This document shows positions 1-10,019 of a DNA stretch of 64,000 nt, in pieces. Below the pieces are notes generated by a model. The model worked only from the letters and a program-made list of their open reading frames with translations. It was not told the origin of the DNA and did not search any database. The position numbers were made by a program, and so were the translations under genes. Where the stretch lies: NCBI GenBank assembly GCA_051294375.1, contig CM119271.1:15010770-15074769 (forward strand). Reading direction: 5' to 3'. The stretch is from Paraspadella gotoi (taxonomy: Eukaryota > Animalia > Chaetognatha). Position 1 is the first letter of the stretch; the number at the start of each line of letters is the position of its first letter.

Positions 1-1331
1 CATTTTTTTACTGCCTATTTTTGTCGGTTTATGGTTTAACTACCCAACAATGTATCTAGTTATCAAGTTCCATTAATGAGGCAGTGAGGAAGTTGAAATG
101 TGTGTCCATTTTCTTTGTTTCATATCGATTCAAGTATTTTTTGTTTGAATTTCCACTTCATTATGATTTACTGCAATATGCAAATTAGATTATAGTACTT
201 TTTCATTAATTTTCTTTGATACTATACCCAGGCGAGATCCTTATCTTTAAGATTTTTTTTTGCAAATTTGATTATCAAAATAATTAAATAGAAAATATTT
301 TATATATATTTGTCATCCTTCAAGCAGTCTGTACGAAAAAAATCCACTAGGATGTGAACGCATCTCAATCAAATATATCAATGTGATTAGGGGTTTAGTT
401 ATAAAAACAAAATTGTGTTTTTAATTAAAAGTGAATGGCTTTCATAAAGAAATTTTCACCTGCAACATTTCGTCCACATCCTTCAACTTATTGGGGAAGC
501 CTCTACAGAGCATGTGAAGAATGTTACTCTTAATATAATGAAATAACATTGAACCCAGAGTGTTTGGGCAACTAATAAAGCTTTTTTTGAAAAGTATATT
601 TTTATTTTTTTCAGATTGATAGCATGTGGAGATTTAATTCAAGGATGTTTAAAAAGAAGCTCCTTTGAGAAGTTATGAATACAATCAAGATGAAATTTAT
701 CACAACAAGTTTTACCCTATCTTGCTTAACTTATTATACTATATTAGAAATTATAAAACAATATTTGGTGTATATTTTAGTATATTATAGGTTTTGTACA
801 GAAAAAATCCTCCAGGATGTGACTACACTGATATTTTTTAAAAAACTTATTTTATCATTTAGAGCACTTATTTGTGAATAAAACTATATAGAACACTTTG
901 TGCTACTCCCCCAACTTAAAAGATATAGACATCAATAATAATGGCTTCTACCTCCTCCAGCAGATTGCTGATGATGTTGTAAAGCTATTTGATGTAGTTT
1001 TGTCTTGAAAAATTGATATGAATTAACTCCATAGATTTTTCTAACTGATAAATAAGGTGGACAATAAAATCTTTTATATTTTAGACACAGTGAATTATGA
1101 TGTGAAAGGTGTGCCAAAAATCCTTCAAGCGCTGGTAGCGCTAAGGGTGTTCAATCAATTTGAGTAGTGATTGGTGAAACCTATTTTTTTTAGGCCCACC
1201 CGTTTTGTGTTAGATGTTTCTTTGCGATCCAAAAAACTTTTGGCATATGACTCACCCTAGCGCTTTCCTTTATCATCTTTAAACGTAACTTTGATGAACT
1301 TTCCTTTGTCTTCCCGTTTTCCCGCCACAAG

Positions 1332-2920
1332 CTCTCTCCTCGTCGTCGCCCAAGACGACTTCTCAATCGTCGTCTTTGACTTCGACACGAAGCGTCTCGT
1401 CCGTCGATTGGCCAACGGATCCTTCATGACCCAAGTCGCCTCCAAAATCATGGACGCCGCCTTCTCCCCCGACGGTCGCTGGGTCTCCGTGGCGTGTCTG
1501 GACGCGACGCTGACCACGTGGGACTTGGCTTCCGGTTCCGCCGTCGATTGCGTCAGGATGGAATCCGCCGTCACTTCGCTCTCCTTCTCTCCGGACGGAG
1601 ACTTTCTCGCCACGACCCACGCCGACGATCTTGGCGTCTACCTCTGGTCCAATTTGACTCTCTTTTCTCGCGTTAATTTGAGGTATTGTACAATGTACAA
1701 TGTACATAGAATGTTCAATTTGTAAATTGTAGAATGTAGACAAGCCTGGAAATCGTTTTAGTAGGGAGTGACTTTTTTAAATTGGAATAAATCTTCATGA
1801 TAATTGAACCAATGATTATCAAACAAATTATTATTATTAATGTGATTATTAAACCAATCTCCGCCCTATTTGACCCCTAGACCCTTGGCGCCGGGATTCT
1901 CTCCCCCACCGATCGTCCTCCCGACAACGAGTCGACACAAACCAACGACCCAAGACGACGACATCGTCGAGGAGGAAGAGGAAGATGATGTTGAAGGCGC
2001 GTTCCAATCTCCGGCGCAAATCGCCGACGACCTCGTCACGCTCAGTCAATTGCCCAACTCTCGCTGGCAGCATTTGCTACAACTCGACGTGATCAAGAGA
2101 CGAAACAAACCCAAGGAGCCCGTCAAGGTTCCCAAGAACGCGCCCTTCTTTCTGCCCACCATTCCGAATCTCGAAGGTAAACGGAAAGCTGCGTTTGGGT
2201 CATACTTTCTTGGCGTCTTTGTAATGTACACACAATTATTCAGGTCACGTGCAATTCGGGGAGATGAATGTCGATGCCAAAGAGAAAGAAGTCAAATCTC
2301 CAACTTCGAATTTTTTCGAAAATCCGTTGAGTCCTTTCGCCAAACAACTTCTCGACTCTCAGGAGTCAAAGGATTACGAAAAGACGATGTCCATGTTAAA
2401 AGGTAATGAAAACTGTTGTAAGATGTTGTAAGAATACGTAAAATATCAATGAAAGCTTGCTTTGTCATTATCTTGTAAAACTGATGGAGGCCTTAAACCA
2501 CCAAAGCCTGTCTGTGTCCAAAGTCTTGGGCAAGATAGATTATTTATTATGAATGGATAATTTTATATTGGTTGTACTAATTTCACAAATCTTAAACCTC
2601 GTTTCTCAGAAATGGGTCCGACGGCCATCGATTCTGAACTGAGCCTCTTGTCTCCGGACAACGGCGGTTCTCTTCCTCTCTGCTCCGCCTTCCTCGCTTT
2701 CGCCTCCGCCTCCTTCGCCTCTCGACGCGACTTCGAACTCGTCAACGCCTACCTCGGCGTCTTTCTCGCCAAGTGCGGAGATTTCGTCGCTGGCGACGAC
2801 GCTCTTGCCGCGGCGCTGGACGAGGTCAGGGTCCAAAACGGCGCCGCCTGGAACGACGTAGAGCATCAAATCCGGCGCTCCTTGTGCGTCGCCAAGTTTT
2901 TGAGGAGCGCCACTTTGTGA
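1332..2920 (+). CDS. WDR36: WD-repeat protein 36 / Utp21 (SSU processome), 3' exons only (~1332-1682, 1881-2176, ~2252-2402, 2610-2920)
   Basis: WD40 repeats (DAAFSPDGRW, SLSFSPDGDFLATTH..LGVYLWSN) and the Utp21 C-terminal signature 'LVTLSQLPNSRWQHLLQLDVIKRRNKPKEPVKVPKNAPFFLPT' and 'MGPTAIDSEL'. Exons have GT-AG boundaries. The 5' part lies upstream. Confidence 0.92.
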
Positions 2921-3103
2921 GAGACGTTCGTGCGTTGGTTGCGTTAAACTGATTGACTTGAGTTTTATCACTTAGTTTTATTTTAGAATTGATTTTTGAC
3001 TCGTTAAGTTTTTACTAGTTTATTAGCGAAGCTGTTGACCGTTTCCTTTTTAGAATTAGAGAGAGAATTGTTTTATTGTCTCACCCCTACGCTTCATTGA
3101 GTC

Positions 3104-4636
3104 ATGTCTCTGCTCGTCGCTGACTACGGCAGCAGCAGCGAAGACGAAGACGCGGAACCGCGCGGCGCCGCCTCGACGTCCGCAGCGCCTGCCACAACTA
3201 CAGCACCCGCCGCGTCTTCCTCGCCGGCTTCGGCATCTGTTGCTTCCACTTCAACCTTAATTAATCCGTCGATAAAAGCGGACGACGATGACGACGACGA
3301 CGATCTCGATTCGCCGAAAGGTCACATCTCCGACGAAGAAGACGACGTCGTCTCGCGCCTTTCATCCCGCGTCGGTGACGAGCTCGACGACTACGACGTC
3401 GGATTGTCAACTTCGTCCTTTTTAAATTTGCCCAAACCGAAAAACTCTGGCGAAAGTGACGCCTCTTCCTCTTCCGCCCTCGACTCCTTTCCTAAATCCG
3501 ATTCCTCCGCCAGTCTCAACCTCTCCTCCTCACTCCCGGCTCCAAAGGCCGACGCTTTCGTCGGCCAAAAAACCGACGAGGAATTGGAAGACTTTGTCAA
3601 ACCGCGGGACTGGGAGCGGGAAGAGGCCGACAAGGAGAAGTCGACCAAGTCTTCGAAATCGAGTTCCTTGACGACGGGTGGCGCCTCAGTCGTCGCCACG
3701 AAAACCAAAGGAGGAAAAGTCAAGATCTCGATTCCTTCTCTTCGTATCGCCGACGACGACGACGATCAGATCGACGACGCCGGAGTCGCGCCATCTAGGG
3801 ACAAAGAACCAAAACAGGGCAGCGGCCTCTTCGCCCTTTTGCCCAAACCCAAAAACATTTCTGAGAATAAAACGGAGAGGCGAACGTTGATTCCTCACGT
3901 CTTGACGAAGAAGGCGACGACGGCGGCTAAATCGGCCGACACTCGACCGACGAAACGATCGGCGGATTGGCAAGGGACGACGACGACAAAGACGGCGACT
4001 AATCCTTCAGAAATCTCTGATGCAGAGTCGGGCAACTTCTTCTCCTTGGACGACACCAAATCGCCCAGCCTTCCCTCCATTCCATCTTCTTCGGCCGTTC
4101 GAGGCTTTCGAGTGGCTCATCCAGATCCAGAGGACGCCCCTCTCGCTTTCAAGCGTCGAAAGAGCGAAGCCCCCGCCTCCGCTTTCCAATCCAACGCCGC
4201 CGCCGCCGCCTCCTCCTCCGTCACCTCCGCCCAGATGTACAACGTGGCGGCGATGTCTTCCCAAGACGCCTCCGCCCTCCACGCGGCGTCGGAGGAGGCG
4301 GAGCTTCAGCGTTCCAACTTGGCAAAGTTGGCCGGAAGCATCAACGTCCGCGGACGAGAATTGGACGATGTCAACTTTGTCGACGTCAGTGCCGACGAGG
4401 CGCTCGGCGGATCCAGCGAGATAGAGGAGAATCTCTTGCGGGAATTGTCGGCCGCCTCTCAATCGGGTCATCGGCCCCGACCGGCCAAGGGCTCCGAGCC
4501 GTCGGGGCTATCGAAGCGCAAACATCAAATCACTTATCTCGCGTTTCAGGCGAAGGAGAGAGAGCAGATGCTCAAGAATCAATGGGCGCAGAGCGCGCAG
4601 ACGAGGAGGCAGACGCAAGCCAAATACGGATTTTGA
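3104..4636 (+). CDS. PRCC: Proline-rich mitotic checkpoint control factor PRCC, single exon, 510 aa
   Basis: N-terminal MSLLVADYGSSSEDE, internal GSGLFALLPKPKN, and C-terminal KRKHQITYLAFQAKERE..LKNQW..TRRQTQAKYGF match the PRCC family. Confidence 0.93.
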   Translation: MSLLVADYGSSSEDEDAEPRGAASTSAAPATTTAPAASSSPASASVASTSTLINPSIKADDDDDDDDLDSPKGHISDEEDDVVSRLSSRVGDELDDYDVGLSTSSFLNLPKPKNSGESDASSSSALDSFPKSDSSASLNLSSSLPAPKADAFVGQKTDEELEDFVKPRDWEREEADKEKSTKSSKSSSLTTGGASVVATKTKGGKVKISIPSLRIADDDDDQIDDAGVAPSRDKEPKQGSGLFALLPKPKNISENKTERRTLIPHVLTKKATTAAKSADTRPTKRSADWQGTTTTKTATNPSEISDAESGNFFSLDDTKSPSLPSIPSSSAVRGFRVAHPDPEDAPLAFKRRKSEAPASAFQSNAAAAASSSVTSAQMYNVAAMSSQDASALHAASEEAELQRSNLAKLAGSINVRGRELDDVNFVDVSADEALGGSSEIEENLLRELSAASQSGHRPRPAKGSEPSGLSKRKHQITYLAFQAKEREQMLKNQWAQSAQTRRQTQAKYGF

Positions 4637-4941
4637 ACATCCGGGTTTTCTTTCGCCGATTCCTTTTCAGGGTTCGTAAAAAGGCCCAAATTGAGAAGAC
4701 CCGAAAGCCGCAAAAAAAGACCCTGAGTCTTTTCAAAGGGATATTGCTTTTTCACGCCCCCTCGCCTGCCCGATGTAAAAATATTTTTTCTTGTAAAAGG
4801 TTTTTTGTTTTGTGTTTTTTTTTTTGTTTTTTTTTATAAATAAATAGAATTTTGCCAAGTTATGGCCTTTTTGGCCCTTATTTTTTATCTGTCCAGTAAA
4901 TATTTGATAATATTTTCCATTTCCTTCCGCAATAAAAAAAA

Positions 4942-7838
4942 ATGTCGTTGATCGCCTTCGAAAGCGGAGGAGAAAAGGAAAAGAAAAGAGAGGAAAAGAG
5001 AAAGAAACAAGAAGAGATTTTAACGAAGGCGAAGAGAGAATTCGATCGATCCGAAGAAGAGAGAGAGAGACGGAGGGATCGAGGCGAAGGGACGTGGATC
5101 CTCCCGCATCTCGACGAGAAGTTGACCGAGAAGGAGAGGAAGGGGAAGAAAGAGAAGAAGAAAAAGAAGAAGAAGAAGAAGAAAAAGGGAGGAAGAAGCG
5201 ATGAGAGTGAGAGTGAGGAAGATAAGAAGAAAAGAAAGAAGAAATCAAAGAAGAAGAAAAAAGAGGACGACGACGACAGCGACGACGATTCTTCCAACGG
5301 CGACGAATCCGACGACGAATGGAGCGAAAAGAAACCAATCGTTGGTCCGAGTCGATTGGAAAGAGATGATTGGATGTCCGACAAACCGGCGACGGCGCCG
5401 CGTGGAGCAGAGCCGGCGCCGTCTTCACATGCGCCGTCAGATCCGTTCGCCGACCTCGTCCCCTCGCGATCCCTCGCCGACATTAAGCGAGAACGAAACA
5501 AAGAACGCGACGAAGCTCGAGACGCTCAACGAGCGGCGATCGAGGCGCCAGGGACCAACGCTCGCGAATTGAATCCTTACTGGAAAGGAGGCCAAGGGAC
5601 GGGCCTGCCCCCGGAGAAAGGCGGCCGCGGTGGCGGGAAGATGAGTTCGACGGCGCCAATCGCATTCGACGGAGGGGCGTCGTGGATTCAAAGAGCGTAC
5701 AAGCGATGCGTCGAACAGGTGAGAGGTTGTTATATAGTAGTGTATTATAATGTAATTGATTACATTGAGAATGAGATGTTGGAGAGATTTTTTTTCGTGC
5801 TTGTGATTGTTTATCACATTTGTACTACCAATATAGAATTATCCATTCATTCAATAAACAGACTTATTACTAGACTTATAATTTAGATAATAATTTAATA
5901 TTAATTATCCGTCTTTAAAAACAGGCGGAGCGGGAGGGTCGTAGCTTGGACGAAGTAGCCTCCGAGCGCTACGGGTCTTTGTCCAAACTCAAAGAGATGA
6001 TGAGATCCGCCGGCGTCGACGAGGATGGCCGAATGAATGAGAGACGACGCGACGTTGACGGTCGGTCTGAAGGTGGGCGTGGCCGGACGGGAGACCGCCG
6101 AGTCGGAAGGGACGATCGCCGAGACTATCGAAGAGACGACGGAGACCGAGACTCGCGCGAGAGGAATTGGACAGAGGAAGGCGAGAAGAGATTCGAAGGG
6201 AAATCCTTCAAGAGTCGACCCGGAACCGGAAGTCGACCCGAGGATAAAGACGCCGTCGCCAGACCGGAATTCGCTCGACCCGGACGAGGATTCGATCGAG
6301 ATTCCGGCCGGCGTCAGGAACGAACGTCGGCGCCGAGTTGGAAGAGGGAGGGAGGTCGTGAGGAGGGGAAGAGAGAGAAAAATAGGGAGGAAAAGAGAGA
6401 AGAGACATCTTCGTCGTCGTCGTCATCCGAGGAGGAAGAGAAAGAAGAAGAAGAAAAGCCAAAAGCAACGCAACTTTCTCAAGCGGAGATGAACTCATTA
6501 GGAGCGCAGATTCTCAAAGCCGAACTCAAAGGCGACCACGAACTCGCGGCCAAGTTGAAGGCGAAGCTCGAATCGGGGCGAGAGGCGAGAACTCTCACCG
6601 CTGCCGACCCAAAGACGACGACATCAAACCCGGGAGCTGAGCTGCTCGTTACTCGGATGGACCGCGAGGGCAATGTCTGGCCGGTTGACAGGCCCGCCGA
6701 AAAAATGCCTGGAGGGGCCCGGGCTAAGAAGCGGGCGAAGAAGTGGCAAGAGCGGGAGACTCACGACGATGACGGGAAGCGGACGAGATACTTCGCCGAC
6801 GATGACAAGTTTAGCTTGAAGGATCTCGTGCGGCAGGTGAATGAATTTGGTTCATGAATATGTTACACATTAATTATATGATCTATATTGTATTTCAGCA
6901 CACTTTAATATCCTAATATGAAATATTTCCTCTAGGAAAAAATGACATCTGCCAAAGATCAACTGAATCTGTTCAGCGGTCGCCGCCTCGCCTCTCGCCA
7001 CGGCGCCTCCATCCGTGGCGAAGCGGAAGGCAACGACGGCGACTTTGCCGTGGATGACGTCTTCGTCGCTAAATCAGGCGCGGCATCGGGCTCCGCTAAA
7101 ACCTTCGATCTCAACAAGAGCGTCTTCGAGTCGCGCCGCATCAAAGCCGCCATTGAAGCCTGCAGCCTCTGCATCGACAACGAAAACAAATTCCTTAAAC
7201 ATCTCATGGTCTCTGTGAGCGACAAGGCTTGCCTTCTTCTCCCTCCCACCCAATCGCTGGTCGAGGGTCACTGCTACATCGTCCCTCTAACCCACGGCGC
7301 CGCCGTCACTGGTCTCGACGAAGACGTCTTCGAGGAGATGCAAAAGTATCGCCGGAGTCTCGTCCGGATGTTCGAGAGCGAAGACACGGATTGCGTCTTC
7401 ATGGAGACGGTACTGAGACTCAACGCCCACCCTCACGCTTACGTGGAATGCGTCCCGCTCGAACGCGAGTTGGGAGATCTGGCGCCCATCTACTTCAAGA
7501 AAGCCCTCGTGGAATCCGACGTCGAGTGGGCTATCAACAAGCGGCTCGTCGATCTCGGCAAATTGCCTCCCTCCGCCGGCGGCTCCATTCGGCGAGCCGT
7601 TCCGCGCGGCATGCCATACTTTCACGTGGACTTTGGGGCCTGCGCCGGGTTCGCTCACGTGATCGAGGAAGAAAGGATGTTCAAGAAGAACTTCGGTCTG
7701 GAGATCCTCGGCGGAATGATGGATCTGGATCCGTTTCTCTGGCGGAAACCCCCGAGGGAGACCTTCGAGGATCAAATGAAAAAATGCGTCGAGTTTTCTA
7801 AGAAATGGCGTCCATTCGACTGGACGGAGTCTTCGTGA
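4942..7838 (+). CDS. CWF19L2: CWF19-like protein 2 (exons 4942-5718, 5925-6836, 6936-7838)
   Basis: RELNPYWK.GG.GTGLP, MNSLGAQILKAELKG, RYFADDDKFSLKDLV and CwfJ C-terminal domains (EGHCYIVP..H, APIYFKKALVESDVEW, PRGMPYFHVDFG, W.PFDWT). Splice phases are consistent. Confidence 0.93.
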
Positions 7839-8363
7839 AATTGAATTCAAATTGTTCTTTTTTATTGTTTTTGTTGATCCCGATGTTTATTAACTCTTGT
7901 TTTTATCGTTGCAATCGATTGCGCTTGCGACGATTTTGGGACGATGGTCCCCATCAATGGCGTGGTCGTCGTCGGCGTTCTAAATTATAGATCGCCCTTT
8001 CTAATATTATTTGTAATTGTATGAAGCTGAAAATTTAGATATATATTCTCATCATCATCGTCTTAGAAAACTGATGAGGTGATATATGAAATGTGATTTG
8101 TTTACATTTTATATTGTAGGTCGCTGCCTCTTCTGATTCGTTTAAAAATGAGTTGAGCTCTTCAGCGGCTGATAGTTATGTTTGTTATTTATAAAACTTA
8201 GTTTTCCTAGATATCAAATATGATTTTTTTTTGTTTGAGTATCAAAGTTTGGTATCATAGGTTCATCATTTTTTATGCGATTGCGACGAACCTTATACTT
8301 TAAGATTTTTTTAAATTTAATTTTCATTTTTGAAAAAAGGTTGTTTCCAAAAAAAAAAAAAAA

Positions 8364-9290
8364 ATGGCGACGACATTGACGAAACTAACGAGGATTCTCT
8401 TTCCCGTCGTGAATTTAAACGTCGTCTCCTCGCGCGGATATCGAAAAGTGAAGCGCTACACCTTCGGAATGGGAGCCGTTGGACAGACCATCTTCAAAAG
8501 ACCCGGAACCAATTAGTGAGAACCTTATACTTTTTATATTCATTATACATATAGTAAAACAATCATACACATAAGAAAAACAATAACTACTAGTATAAAA
8601 TTATTCGGTCAAAATAAAGCAAAACAAGCTAAACCATCGAAACAAGCTATCTTGCCCCAGACTTTGGACAGGCAATGGTGGGTCTTGGCCTCAGTCCCTC
8701 TTACAAGATATATCAATACACTGCAAGCTTTCAATATATACTCTCCCAGTATTGTTTATTAGTGTCATAATGTAATTTACTAGAATCAATATAAAAAAAA
8801 CAATACTCCATTCAGTTACGAACGCCAAACGAAGCCCGTTCGACGAGGCGTCACCGCCGGGCATCGCATCTTCAACTACGAAAATCTTTACAAGTGGGAC
8901 TCGGGCTATGAAGCCAGATATTACAAGGGCGGACCCAAGCCTCGATTCAACTCGGACGAGAAAGAATTGATGGAGCAATACCTCATCAAAAATCCTCCCT
9001 ACGACGAGTGGGACGAGACCCACGCCCTCTTCGGTCAGAACGACTACATCGACATCCTCGGGGACGGGAACGTCTCCGTCCGCGAGCTCAACGTCGACGC
9101 CCCCTTCTGGCTGCGCGGCTGGAGCGGGACGCGGCTGCATCACATCCAGCGGCAGCTCCATTTCGAAGAGGACTATCTCATCAACGCTCGACCCACGAAA
9201 TGGTGGAAGTTGAGGAAAGAAATGACGCGACTTTATCGCAACACGAATCGATATCGTAAGAGGAATCATCAGCGGCAACCGCTCAATTGA
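8364..9290 (+). CDS. MRPL51: Mitochondrial ribosomal protein mL51 (exons 8364-8515, 8816-9290)
   Basis: Motif W....ALFGQNDYIDILGDG....P.WLRGW.G is the mL51 signature; the N-terminus is basic and targeting-like (MATTLTKLTRILFPVV...). Confidence 0.88.
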
Positions 9291-10019
9291 CACGAAGAGA
9301 GAGAGAGAGGGTCTCGAGCGTGTGATTACTCGTTTTGTTTCCTTTGTTTAATGTTTGTTATATTTAATTCCCGCATTTTAATACAAACTGCGCGATCGTC
9401 GGTTGGTTAGATATTTATATATTTACGGGGTTCACTTTTAGGGAGTTTCGTAGAAATGTGAGAAAAATGTAAAAAATATAACATGTTACATCCCTGGCTA
9501 CAAACTCTGACTGAGGCTGTCCCAATAATATATAACAAAGTGATGGTAAAGTTTTTAGTATTTTTATTACTCTCTAATCAATAATTAACATCAATTGTTA
9601 CACTAATGACAAAAGTGAATTCGTGAATGAGAACATGAAATGATACAGGAACAAAATTTATGACAAGTCAATGTCAATACGACAATATGCAAATGAGATT
9701 GATGAACTCAATCTCATTCTTGGTTGCATCAAAAGTTCCTTCCTTATAGAAACACTTGGTAAACAAAATATAGGATTATTACAAAATATAAATAGATCGT
9801 AGATCGTGATGCTACACATGTAAAAAAATAAATATTTTACTCTTTAAATTGCCTCAGTATACAATCGTCCAAAGAAATCTCGGATTAATCGGGAGAAAAC
9901 CGATTTCTCGATCAAGTACAGTATTTTTTTAAATTCCCCTCAGGCACAGCAGATGTTCTCATTTTTTTGATGGATAAATGAAAGGAAGTTGAATCAAAGA
10001 AGTGAATCTGACTCTTGAC

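Noticed and set aside
1-1150. AT-rich stretch ending in ...gcgctaaggg as a piggyBac-like end
   Set aside because: No TTAA follows and the partner end is not in the window; may be intronic TE debris but cannot be supported.
8065-8110. ctgatga...gaaa as another hammerhead
   Set aside because: No stem II pairing between CUGAUGA and GAAA.
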